Assembly: GCF_036321535.1 (NCBI RefSeq)
Contig: NC_087453.1
Span: 24,738,001-24,802,000, forward strand
Source of the DNA: Camelus dromedarius
Taxonomy: Eukaryota
Length of the DNA stretch: 64,000 nucleotides
Reading direction: 5' to 3'
In this document: positions 50,620 to 61,944 of the stretch, piece by piece
Layout: each line of letters begins with the position of its first letter
Position numbering within the stretch: position 1 is the stretch's first letter
Program-made: the position numbers and the translations under genes
Notes under the pieces: generated by a model
The model's database searches: none
Told to the model about the DNA's origin: nothing
The model's input: the letters and a program-made list of their open reading frames with translations, nothing else

Positions 50620-51400
50620 CAGTTTTGAAAGATCTCAGACCCCGCGAGCCTCACACGGCTGGCAGAGGCCGCTGGGGTTCCGAATCCCGCCCGCTGGCGA
50701 CAACGCAGCCACCTCGCCTCTTCCGGAAGGTCCAAGCGCCGGGTAGCTGCGCCACCTCGCGGTCGCCGGGGGAGGTGGCCTGGGGCTTAACAGGTCTAAG
50801 GCTTCGAGTGGGAAACCCGCGTATCCAGTCAGGGAGTGACCAGCGTGGCCGCGCCGTGAGCTCTGAGCAAGGGGCCTTTGGCCCGACGGTGAAAGGCGCC
50901 CGTCGCTGGCTCCTGAGGCCCAAACATCAGAAAGCAGCCAGGACCCCGCGCCCGGCCTGCAGCGCGACGTGACACCCCGCCCACCCTCGGTGCGTCACGT
51001 TCAGGCGCGCGCTCGCGACTGACGTGCGCAGGCGTCTAAGACGCCGCGCAACCGCCATTGCATCCCTGTTGAGGAGTGGAGTAGCCGGTTAGTAGACGTC
51101 CACGGGCACGGAAGAGGTGAGTGTGACGCCTCGAGGACAGTGGCCTGGGGGTTGCAGGTCACACTCAATCTGTGGCGCCCCACCTTAAGCTTGGCTAACT
51201 GGGGCAAGCAACTACAACCCCCAAAATCCACTGCGCCGCAAGATTGCGCGAGGTAGTGACGTAATGGGTTTTGGCCGCTACCATTTCTCTATGGGGCCGG
51301 GGGTGGGAGACGCGGTGGCGAAGGCTGATGACGTGTTTTTCTCGTGGTTAGAGGGTCACCAGAGGTCAGCGCCAGGTCTGCGGGCTCTGGGTTTCAAAGC
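50620..51400. promoter_or_regulatory. CpG-island promoter of AP5S1
   Basis: CpG-rich; several TGACG(T) CRE/ATF half-sites; ZNF143-like ACTACAACCCCCAAAATCCACTGCG at 51211-51235; candidate exon 1 donors at 51117 and 51376. Confidence 0.8.
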
Positions 51401-51522
51401 ACCTTCGCGAACTTTACTGTTTAACTAGTTTAAACCCGCAGTCCATTTACCCTTAGCTACAGCTGTCTGCTTGCTGTCCACGTTTCAACCCCAAGCGGGT
51501 CACTGAGCCAGCCAGCCACCAC

Positions 51523-51590
<68 letters not shown>
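51523..51590. repeat. (TAT)~22 trinucleotide microsatellite
   Basis: Uninterrupted TAT repeat in AP5S1 intron 1. Confidence 0.97.
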
Positions 51591-51596
<6 letters not shown>

Positions 51597-52050
51597 TAAT
51601 AGTATTTATTTTGACATGATCTTTAACATAGAAAATTTCAAGACTGTTCTTATAAAGAACTTTCCAATTAAGTTAGTTGCAGGTATGATGCCCCTTTATC
51701 TCTATACTTAGAGGTACTCAAGTGTGTATTTTCTGAAAGCAAGGACATTCTCCCACTTTCAGAATCAGGTAACATTGATCAAGACTATTATCTAACCTGT
51801 TATTCATATTTAAATGCTTCCAGTTGTCGTAGTAATGCTGTATATTGAAACTACCCCTTTCGTGGCCTGGGATCTCATCCAGGATCACAAGTTGCGTTCA
51901 GCTGTCCTGTCTCTTTGGTCTTCAGTGTGGAGCAGCTCCCCAGTGTCTCTTGACTCTGATGACTGACATTTTTGAAGATTCCTGGCCAGTTGTTTTGTAG
52001 AATTGGGTTTAGGGTTGTCTGAGATTTCTAACTAGACTCTGTTATCGGCA
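51590..52050 (-). mobile_element. Ancient L1 (L1MC4/L1ME-like) 3' region
   Basis: caggatcacaagttgcgttcagctgtcctgtctcttt...tttttgaagattcctggccagttgttttgtagaat. Confidence 0.65.
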
Positions 52051-52242
52051 GAGGTGGTGCTGACCGGATGCTGTTAGTGTGTCTTGGGTGGCCAACGAGG
52101 ACCAGTGACCAGCCACATCAGCCTCCAGACATGCTCCCAGACCTAGCTAGGCCAGACCGTTTCTGTGGTTGCCTCCCCTCCTGGGGTTTCACGCTCATCT
52201 CACTGAGGTCTCTGGCTTCCTTTTAGTACCCATCCCAGAGCC

Positions 52243-54146
52243 ATGGTCCATGCCTTTCTCATCCACACCTTGCGGGCCCCGAAGGCTGAGGAGGGCCTTT
52301 GCCGAGTGCTCTACTCCTGCTTCTTTGGTGCGGAGAATTCACCCGACGACCCAAGGCCACGTGGTCCTGAGAGGGACAGGCTCCTCCGAAAGGAGCAGAT
52401 TTTGGCCACGGCCAGGTAACCACACAATCAGCCCTGCCCGTCCCCGGGCCTTCATTGAATGTACACCTGATTGTGATAGGTTTTCGGGGCGGGGGGAGGG
52501 GGCAGACAAGGAGAAACAGGAGGACTCAGAAGCAGAGAGAAAATTCTAGAATGGTGCTTTCAAAGAGTCTTCCACAGTTGTTCACAAGTACTACATGAAA
52601 AAGGATTAAAAATAATAACGCTATTATCATTCTTATTTATATTTATTACAGTTAGCATTTATTGAGCTTGTATGGGCTAAGCATTTATGTTGTGAGCATT
52701 TCATGTATATGAATTCATTTTATCTTTGAAACAGTCATTTGAAGTAGGTACATTATGTCCACCTTATACATGAGTAAACTGAGCTACAAAGAGTTTAAGG
52801 AATTTAATTTGCCCAAGGTTATACATCTGGAAAGTGAAAGAACTGGGATTTGAGTGTAGGTAGGCAGATCCCAGTACAGATTAAACATGCTTTGCAGTGC
52901 AGGACTTTTCAGGGCCCTTCACGTGTCTTTAAGCATTATGAATCTCTGAGGAGAGAGAATGCGGGATATGGGAACTCTGCGCCAAGAGCTTCTGGGATCC
53001 AGGAGCGCAGTTGGGAAACACTGTTCCATATGGGGAGACTGGCCTTGGACCTTCCCATCCCAGACCCAGACTGAACCAGTAGGCGCCAGAATCTCCTGAC
53101 CCCTCTGCATTCTTGGTGGGGGAGTAACACTCTGGGGCAACCCTGGGCCAGCATCTTGTTACCTTCTTGTTCCTCTGGCGTCCTCCCCCTCCTGGCACAG
53201 AAAATCAAACATGTTTTTAAGAGCAGCATCTACATGGTCCAAATTGGAATATGATTCCTGAGGGATCAGAGAGATTTCAAAAGCCTGGATATCCAAATAG
53301 AATGTTTTTTTTTTTCTTTTTTATTTGGGGAAGGCTGCAGGATGGGGTGACAGTGGAGAGATTGGGCAGCCTGGGTTGGACATGGCTTTTACTCCACTTC
53401 TCATCTCTTGTTGAGATGCTGAGGAGGCCTCTGAAGCAGGTGGGGGCAGGGTCTTCTTCCCCTGGTGCCCTTTCCTAGCCCAAGGAGCTGTATTCAAAAC
53501 CTGCCTTCTCTTGGCCACATGGATTGAAATGGTTCAGGACCTGGAAGCTGGAGCCTGGATTTCCATCTGGGCTTATGCTCCCTGCTCTGTGGCCCTGAGT
53601 AGGTCACTTAGTCTTTCTGAGGTTCAGTTTCTATATGTCGTCATGGAGATAATGGCAGCTCCCAGCTCCAGGGTCAGTCCAGAGGATTACAGAAATCAGT
53701 AACCCTCTGTTCTCTGCAGGCAGGTGGAGTCTATGTGGCAGCTGCAGCAGCAGGCGTGTGGCCGGCCTGGCATGGACCTGCAGTCCCAGTCTTCAGATGA
53801 GCCAGTGCCCCTGCAGGAGGCCCCATGTGGGGCCTTCCGCCTGGCCGCAGGGGACCCTTTCCAGGAGCCTCGGACAGTAGTATGGCTAGCTGTGCTCTCA
53901 TTAGGCTTCACCCTGGTGCTGGATGCCCACGAGAACCTGCTGCTGGCCGAGGGCACACTCCGACTGCTGGCACGCCTTCTCCTTGACCACCTCCGGCTGC
54001 TGGTCCCTGGTGCCAACTTCCTGCTGCGGGCTGACCGCATTGAGGGCATCCTCACCCGCTTCCTGCCACATGGTCAACTGCTCTTCCTCAATGACCAGTT
54101 TGTCCAGGGTCTGGAGAAGGAATTTAGTGCTGCCTGGCCCCGCTGA
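52243..54146 (+). CDS. AP5S1: AP-5 complex subunit sigma-1, 199 aa
   Basis: Exon 52227-52415 with ATG at 52243 (MVHAFLIHTLRAP...EQILATA) and exon 53720-54146 (QVESM...GLEKEFSAAWPR, stop). Total 600 nt; phase compatible. Confidence 0.97.
52660..52890 (-). mobile_element. MIR SINE
   Basis: catttattgagcttgtatg...tccaccttatacatgagtaaactgag...aatttgcccaaggttatacatct...ctgggatttgagtgtagg. Confidence 0.75.
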
Positions 54147-54826
54147 CCCTTCACTGGGATGGGACTTCCCAAGAGAGCAAGGAGGGAGGACGGGGGTGGA
54201 CGGACACACAGCCAGGTAAAGTTTGGCAACTGCCTCCTTCCCAGCCTGCTCCCAGCTCTGGCGTGCTGCCACATCCAGGACAGATGGATGGGATGTGCTG
54301 GCAGCAAAGGGGGCTGGGAGAGAGGGTGGCAGGTAGGAATCATAGAACATCCTGTACATGGAACTGCCTCATGACTTATTCAGACCAATGCAGTGGGCCC
54401 TGCTTGTCCTTGACCCGACTTTGTCCCATCCCTGCCAGCCAGCCCCAAACAGTCCACCAGCTGCTAGTGCTGGGGGTTGGTGAGGAACACCTGCTTGGAG
54501 CTCAGCCTGCTGCTGCTTCCAGATTCATAGTCATCATGGTGCAAAAGCAGGCCCTGAGACTTCTAGGGTAGGGGAGCTGGCCTCTGCCTTTGTACTCACT
54601 TAGGCATCGCTATCAAGGATTTTGTTGGTGAGGGCCTACTCGGTGTCCAGCCATGTCACAGTTCACAAAGGTGTTACTCGTTCAGCAGAGGGGCTCCGTA
54701 ACTCCTTTTGGGCCCAGCCCACGCCCACTGGCAGCCTTGAGATAATCATGGGCTTCCTTTGTCTCAGGGAAGAGGAGGAGCTGTCAGGTGGGTGTGAGAG
54801 TTCTGTTGATTGTCATTCTCATTTTG

Positions 54827-54832
54827 AATAAA
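54827..54832 (+). terminator. AP5S1: Candidate AP5S1 polyadenylation signal
   Basis: AATAAA about 680 nt after the stop codon. Confidence 0.55.
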
Positions 54833-55059
54833 AAGCAGCAGCTGTGTGATTTCTCCCTCCATTTTCTGTGAGTTTGATTAATGCACATCTGCTCCTGTGA
54901 GAAAGTACATCTTTGTATGGCTCTGAGCTGGGTGTCTGAGCTTTTGTGGTCAAGTATGTCCCCAAGAGGCTTCTTGGGAAGTCTCCACCTCTCGTCCCCC
55001 TCACCGCCTGTTTCATTATGTGCGTCCTTTGGATGATAGCACTTGCTTCCTCCACCAAA

Positions 55060-55435
55060 ATGTGGTGGGTTGGTGTGGATTCCCAAGAAGCAGAGCCTGA
55101 GACAAGGATTAGGTACAAGCAGTTGATGTTGGAGGTGATCCCAGGAAGCACTTGAAGGGGAGACAGCCCATACAGATGTGTTATCAGGGTGGGTAGAGAG
55201 CTTAGTGCCTCTGGGGGCCAGTGCACAATTGTCACCTCTGAATGACTTCACCTAAGGAGTGAAAGGCTGTGGGTGTTTGCCTGCTACTCCCTTCTGTCCA
55301 GTTGTGAGTTGGTCCCAGGAAAAATTCCTTGACTCTTTCTACTCCCATAAAAAGCCCTTGGGTGGTGTGGAGCTGGGCCTGCCTGTACCATGGTCAGGCC
55401 CAAAAGTTTATGGGTAGGGCACCAAACTGCTGTTA
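55060..55435 (+). mobile_element. ERVL solo LTR (LTR33-like)
   Basis: ccaagaagcagagcctgagacaaggatt...ggaggtgatcccaggaagcac matches the remembered LTR33 consensus. Confidence 0.6.
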
Positions 55436-56384
55436 GGGAGTCTTTACTCATTGGTGATTAAAATTTAGTGGTTATTTAAAATGATTCAATTGGACAAAAC
55501 CTCAGTTACATCTATTTTCATGACCTACCTGTGACCTGTGAGGTGTGGCTTTCTTGCACGGGCAGAACTGGCCTCCTAGGCGGTCAGGGTACAGTGTCGG
55601 CCCCGTCTCATGCTTGTCAAACAGTTGCCCTTTGGCACCCAGGAAGGACCCACCCACACCCAGTTAGGAGGCAGTACCTGTGATTGGAGTTTTGCCCTTT
55701 GAAGTCTGGCCACCAGCCATGCTGTGCTTTCTATCACCAGCATCATTATTGGGACAAGGCCACCTTCTCCATTCTAGGATGCCACAAATCACCCTCTGAA
55801 CTTGAAACCCTGAAGGAACCTCAGTCCATGTATGTGGCATGCTATGCCACTGGAGATGTCCCAGAAGCCACCAGTGGGACACCCCTGCCCTATAAAATCT
55901 GCTCTCCTGGGCTGCCCCTCCCCTTACTCCAGGCTGGTGGTCCTGGCGGAGTGGCTATATCCTCACAAGAACAGGCCTCTGGCTTCTGTTGAAGGGCCCA
56001 AGCATGGCTAGTCTGAACCCTTTGTACCTATTTTTCAAACTGAACTTGAGGAAGAGGGTGAGACCCCATTCCCTGGAAGCTGTGGGAAGTTGGGGTTAGT
56101 TGAGGCTTGTGACCTTGGTTTCCGTCAGGTGGAGGAAATTGATACACAGAAAATGACAGAGAGTGAGACTCTCCTCGAGGCCACTGAGCCCCTGGTTTCT
56201 GTTGTTCCAGGTGCCCAGTTAGTACCTAGGTTTCCTTAATTCCCTGAGTTTGCTCAATGCCCTTTCTGTATATTCCCACTTTTGCCCCAGCACCCCTGAG
56301 CCAGGTTTCCACCGCAACTTCGCATGCTTACTTCACCTTCATTGAGCCTGTCTTGGACCTGACACTCTGCTAGGTGCTATGCAG

Positions 56385-57460
56385 GGTACAAGATTACTTG
56401 CTGGGATTTTGATTGTGATTGCACTGAATAGATGCAGGTGAAGTTGGGAAGAACTGACATCTTGACAATAATTGAGTCTTCTGTCCATGAACAGGAAATA
56501 TCTTGCCACTTACTTAGTTCTTTGATTTCTTTCATCAGAGTTTTGTAGTTTTCCTCAAGTAGGTCTTGTACATGTTTTGTGAGGTTTATGCCTAAGTATT
56601 TCATTTTGGGGGGTGTTAATGTAAGTGGTAATATATTTTCAAATTCAAATTCCACTTGTTCATTGTTGGTATAGAGGAAAGNNNNNNNNNNNNNNNNNNN
56701 NNNNNNNNNNNNNNNNNNNNNNNNNNNNNNNNNNNNNNNNNNNNNNNNNNNNNNNNNNNNNNNNNNNNNNNNNNNNNNNNNNNNNNNNNNNNNNNNNNNN
56801 NNNNNNNNNNNNNNNNNNNNNNNNNNNNNNNNNTCCTTTTCCTGTGTTATTGCATTAATTAGGACTCCTAGTACCATGTTGAAAANNNNNNNNNNNNNNN
56901 NNNNNNNNNNNNNNNNNNNNNNNNNNNNNNNNNNNNNNNNNNNNNNNNNNNNNNNNNNNNNNNNNNNNNNNNNNNNNNNNNNNNNNNNNNNNNNNNNNNN
57001 NNNNNNNNNNNNNNNNNNNNNNNNNNNNNNNNNNNNNNNNNNNNNNNNNNNNNNNNNNNNNNNNNNNNNNNNNNNNNNNNNNNNNNNNNNNNNNNNNNNN
57101 NNNNNNNNNNNNNNNNNNNNNNNGATGCCATTAGTTAATGCTGAAATATCAAACCAGCCTTGCTTACCTGGGGATGGATTTATCTCCCACTTGGTGATGG
57201 TATATACAGCATTCTTTATACATTGTTGGATTCTATTTGCTAATACTTGTTGAGGACTTTTACATCTGTTTTCATGAGTGATATTGGTCTTCAGTTTTCT
57301 TGTCATGCCTTTGTCTGGTTTTGGTATTACAGTAATGCTGGCCTCATAGAATGAGTTAGGAAGTGTTTCTTCTGCATCTGAATCTTCAGGAAGAGATTTT
57401 AGCAAATTGATATATTTTCTTCCCTAAATGTTTAGCAGACTACCAGTGAACCCATTTGGA
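56385..57460 (-). mobile_element. L1 ORF2 reverse-transcriptase region fragment (degenerate)
   Basis: Minus-strand translation includes LPNSFYEASITVIPKPDK, FNMVLGVLINAI and KMKYLGINLTKHVQDLLEENYKTLMKEIKE; frameshifted and partly N. Confidence 0.93.
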
Positions 57461-57477
57461 CCAGCCTTGAATTTTTT

Positions 57478-57627
57478 TTAATTTTTAATTTTTTAAATTT
57501 TATTTATTTATTCAGGGGAGTAATTAGGTTAATTTATTTATGTTTCAAGGAGGTACTGGGAATTCAACCCAAGACCTTGTGCATGCTAAGCATGCACTCT
57601 ACCACTTGAGCTATATACCCTCCCCCT
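57478..57627 (-). mobile_element. Full-length camelid-type tRNA SINE with 16-bp TSD
   Basis: Head GGGGGAGGGTATATAGCTCAAGTGGTAGAG and A-rich tail; TSD CAGCCTTGAATTTTTT at 57462-57477 and 57628-57643. Confidence 0.93.
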
Positions 57628-58189
57628 CAGCCTTGAATTTTTTAAATGTTTATTTTTATAAACCAAATTTTATTTTCTACATAGCTAACATAGTTTAGAA
57701 ATCAAAATGATAAAAAAGGTTTTTACTGAAAAACTTGGTTCCACCTCTGTCCTCATCCACCCTATTTTCCCACCGGCCTGGATGAATAGCTTTTTAGGTT
57801 CCTACACATCTCTCTGTCTCGCTCTTTATACACATGTAAGCAAATATGAACAAGTGTTTTTATTCTACTTCCTGCTCACACTGTTTTCTTACAAGGTAGG
57901 CTGCCTACTATATATAGGATTCTGCACATGCTTGTTCCATTGAACAGTGTATCCTGAAATAAAAACAAACAAACAACAGTGTATCCTGGAGATCTTTTTA
58001 TAGCAGTACATAGCATTCTTATCCTTTTTTATTCTTATCCATTGTATGGATATGTTATACTTCATTTAACAAAGCTGAAAATTACTGTGAAATAGTTCAT
58101 GTTTGCAAAAAGAAGCTTAGAATTATATAATGAGCATCTAAGTACTAGTCATTCAACTTAAGGGAAAGAAATGGCATTAACTCATTAAT

Positions 58190-58450
58190 TCCTGATTCTA
58201 TTTTAATTAAGTGCTTCCTTCTGTTTTTATTTGGTTTATAATTCTTTAAGGGTGCTTGTTAATTCTTTTGTTTTCAGTCTTTTTAAAAAATTGGTATTCG
58301 TATGTAAGTTATGAATTTTTTCCTCTGACCACTGCTTTAGCTGTATCCCATAGGTTCTGAGATGTAGGGATTTCACTATTGATGTCTTCTAGAAAATCTG
58401 CAGTTTCATTTTGTCCCATCTTTAATTCCCTATTTCTATATGACTTCATG
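58190..58450 (-). mobile_element. L1 ORF2 fragment just downstream of the endonuclease domain
   Basis: Translation KMGQNETADFLEDINSEIPTSQNLWDTAKAVVRGK is an L1 ORF2 motif. Confidence 0.85.
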
Positions 58451-58559
58451 AGAACAATATTTCTGAGTTCTTGTATGTTCAAAAAAATTTTTTTGGAGCC
58501 TTTATTCTTGCTCTCTTTTCCTGGGTGACCCAAAGTTTCTTTCTTTCTTTTTTTTTTTT

Positions 58560-58728
58560 AAAGCTCAGCATTTTTTTGGTTTATTTTTGGGCTTTTTGTT
58601 TGTTTGTTTATTTCTTTTGAGGGGGAGATAATTAGGTTTATTTATTTTTTAAATGGAGGTACTGGGGATTGAACCCAAGACCTTGTGCGTGCTAAGCACA
58701 CACTCTACCACTGAGTTATACCCACCCC
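58560..58728 (-). mobile_element. Camelid-type tRNA SINE
   Basis: ggaggtactggggattgaacccaagaccttgtgcgtgctaagcacacactctaccactgagttatacccacccc. Confidence 0.9.
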
Positions 58729-58848
58729 ACTAAAGATTATTTTCTAGTAATATTACTAGAATATATCTTTTAGTATAAATGTAGCATGCTTGTTTCAGAT
58801 GTAGATTGAAATCTTTTTTTATTTTAGGAATATTTTCCTGAATTATAT

Positions 58849-59018
58849 ATATGTATATATAGTACTTTATATAGTATTATATATATACATATATACACAC
58901 ACACACACATATATAAAGTATAGTACTTTATTATTTTTTTTAATGGAAGTACTGGGGATTGAACCCAGGATCTCATGAATACGAAGCATGTCCTCTACCA
59001 CTGAGCTATACCCACCAC
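58849..59018 (-). mobile_element. Camelid-type tRNA SINE with microsatellite tail and 12-bp TSD
   Basis: TSD CCTGAATTATAT at 58837-58848 and 59019-59030; tail region holds (TA)n/(CA)n. Confidence 0.88.
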
Positions 59019-60086
59019 CCTGAATTATATTTTTAAATGGCTATTGTATTTCATTGTTTTTGTTCCCTTCAGAGATTCCAATTATGCACTAGTTGGCTCT
59101 CCTTTGCCTGTTATCCATAGCTGTCTTTAACATGGCAAATCCCAGAAAGCACAGAAAAGAAAATCAGCTCCTGAAGATGAATCTCTTATTACAATGTGGT
59201 AGGAACTGCATCTCAGTGGCCCCACTGGACCCAGTTTAGCTTAACCTAGGCAAGAGCCTGCAGGCTGTGAAGTTCATGAGGTTCACCTGTGTAACTCAGA
59301 TCTCTGCCTTCTGGTTGGTTTCAGGTCTTCCAACCCTGTGGAGCTGGTCTATCCTTTAGTATTCCAGTACCAGTTGCTTGAGCCCGCATCCTGCCTGAAG
59401 TGGGATAGTCGGTACTGCCCCAGCACATCGTATGTGTCTCCTGGGCATCGCTTGTTCTCCTCAGCTTTTGCGGCATTGTGACTTGGATCTCAGGGCATGT
59501 GACGACTCCTTTCTCTCTGCCCTGATGTGCCTGCCCAGATGCAGAATACCTGCTCTTTCCCTTGATGCCCCCAAAGAATAGGGAATTTGGGAATAGCAGA
59601 CTTTTACTAAAGTTTAGGGGGATAGAGGAGAGTTATCTTATAGAACCACAGAGCATAAGACTTGAGACTGATTGTCAGACACTCGTGTTCCCTGAGTCTC
59701 TGAACCATTCCCCCCAAGGAGGTCTTCTCCTAGTTCCCTTGGAGCCTTGGCCTCCCATCAACTTTCAGGCTGCTCCCTTCTTTTTCATTTTTTCACTAAA
59801 AATTTTTTTTCTTTCTTCTTTTTATTGTAAAATATGCATAACATAAAATTGACCACTTTAACAATTTTTAAGTGTACAATTTAGTGGCATTAACTACACT
59901 CACAGTATTGTATCTATTTTCAGAAGGCTTTCATCATTTAAAACAGAAACTCTGTACCCATTAAGCAGAAACTCCCTGTGCTCTCTTCTGTGCTCTCTGG
60001 TATCCAGCACCCTCATTTCTTTCCTGTTCCCACCGGGCAGTTAAGGGCTCCACCCCCCACCTAACTTGTTCCCAGGCCTACCTTTT

Positions 60087-60163
60087 CCCCCCCTTAACTG
60101 ATTGAACCCAGACCTCGTACATACCAAGCACATGCTCTACCACTGAGCTATACCCCTCGACCC
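60087..60163 (-). mobile_element. 3'-truncated, tailless camelid-type SINE with 17-bp TSD
   Basis: tRNA-like head only; TSD TCCCAGGCCT(A/G)CCTTTT at 60070-60086 and 60164-60180. Confidence 0.85.
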
Positions 60164-61329
60164 TCCCAGGCCTGCCTTTTGATAGCATAGCTGTGCCTAC
60201 TTAAAAAAGGAGGGGGGGGAGAAGACTGTCTGGGGCTCCATCTTCAGCAGTTCAAAGCGCATTTTCAGTTCTGCTTTGAAATCACAAATTCTTATGGGAC
60301 ATAATTAAATCTCAGGCAAGACTTTCTTCCACACTGATATATGTAAGCTGAAGATGACCATGGAAAGATCTATCCTTCCTAAGGTGAGTCATTTAGTATA
60401 TATTCCCCTTAAGAGGAAGGTATAGCTGTACTAATTTTTAACAGCTTTTTTCACCCCACCCCCATTATGTATGTTTATGTGTGTGTTATGTAGTTTAATA
60501 CTTCTTTTTCCCATCAGGTTATAATCTCCAGGAGAGTTTATATTGTGTCTTTTATTTTTTACATTTTACTTAACACCTGACATGGCACTGAGGCACATAG
60601 CAGCCACCCAATATATATTGAGTGAATGCATGCATAAATAAAAAGGTGGTTTATAGGAGAGGCTTGGGGCCAGGGATTCTGCAACATCTCCATGTAGCAA
60701 CTTTTTCTTTCTCCTGGGAAGCAGATAGAAACAATAGACTGTGTCTGTTGTCTCTCAAGGTTGGAGCTGCTCAGGATCATAAGTCCCTTTCCCAGAAGAT
60801 AAGCTGCTTGTTACAGCAAAGGAAACATCATGTAGTGCTTGCAGGTTTCCTGCTGCAAGGCCCCCTGTGTTCGCAAGTTATGCTGACTTGCTTTCTGCAC
60901 TTCTGCTAATGAATAGGAATGATCTTTCCCTTCAGTGTTCTGAGAGAGGTTAGAGTTACCACAGGCCTATGATTTCTGCCCCTGGGAAAGGTGAGTAAAA
61001 AAGTGGTCAGAACTCCTCCTCTTTCTGAAACAGTCACCTGGAAGTGGCTTTTTCCACCCTAATTGTGCAAGCCACATCAGCATGAGGGTCCAGAAGTCTT
61101 TGGGCCAGTAGAGAATTCCCCTTCAGCTAGAGCTGGAACCAGAGCATTTACTATCAGGGCATTGTTTGGGATTGATACTTGATCAGAGGCAAAAGGACAT
61201 TAAAACCCTTTGTCAGGTCTCTGGCTCATGTGACCCTATAATATCCAGGTGATGAAAACAAAGGAGCTCCTGGGCAAGAGGAGCCATCCTGGATCCCAAG
61301 AGGCCCTAAGGTAGGAGGCTGATAATGAT

Positions 61330-61930
61330 CAGCAAACATTAATAACATTCCTATGTCCATGAATAATGAGTTAGTAAATATAATGAAAGATAAGATCCCA
61401 TTCGAGATAAAGACAAAAAATATAAAATACCTAGGATCAGACATAATTAGAAACACATTGGGTCTATACAAAGAAGATCTATGAGCTATACTGAGATGCT
61501 AAAACCAGTGGGTGAAAGGTTGACGAGGAACAAGATTTTTACATAGCTTCTAAGTAACTTTCCATGAATTACTTATTAGCTAAAAATGGGGAAATGGTAA
61601 ATCTTCTGTGGAGAAACTGGAGGGCACCCCCTTTATCAAGTGATCAAGGTGAACGTCCCCAGTAATGGGACAGACAGACATCCTTTGTCTCCTGGATGTG
61701 CAGGAAGGACACAGTGCCATGTATGAGCATTAAAAATGTTTAACCTGAATCTGATCAGGAGGAAACCAGACAAACCCAAATAGAGGGAAATTCTCACTTG
61801 TACTCTTCAAAAATATCAAGGCAGTGAAAGGCCAAGGAACTGCTTCAGATTAAAGGAGAACCAAGAAACATGACAACTCAAGGCGGTATGAGTTTTCCTG
61901 AGTCAGGAAAAAATTGTTATTGTCGGGGCA
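61330..61930 (+). mobile_element. Ancient L1 fragments (ORF2 piece plus L1MC/ME-type 3'UTR)
   Basis: atcccattcgagataaagacaaaaaatataaaatacctaggat is an IPF...KYLG-like motif; also ttatcaagtgatcaaggtgaacgtccccagtaatggg. Confidence 0.7.
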
Positions 61931-61944
61931 TTATTGAGACAGTG

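Noticed and set aside
53719-53723. Tandem acceptor CAG|GCAG| at the last AP5S1 exon
   Set aside because: A 4-nt shift would frameshift; not a true NAGNAG.
56377-57405. 342-aa ORF as an active reverse transcriptase
   Set aside because: Frameshifted, fragmentary old L1; its apparent length is inflated by N-runs.
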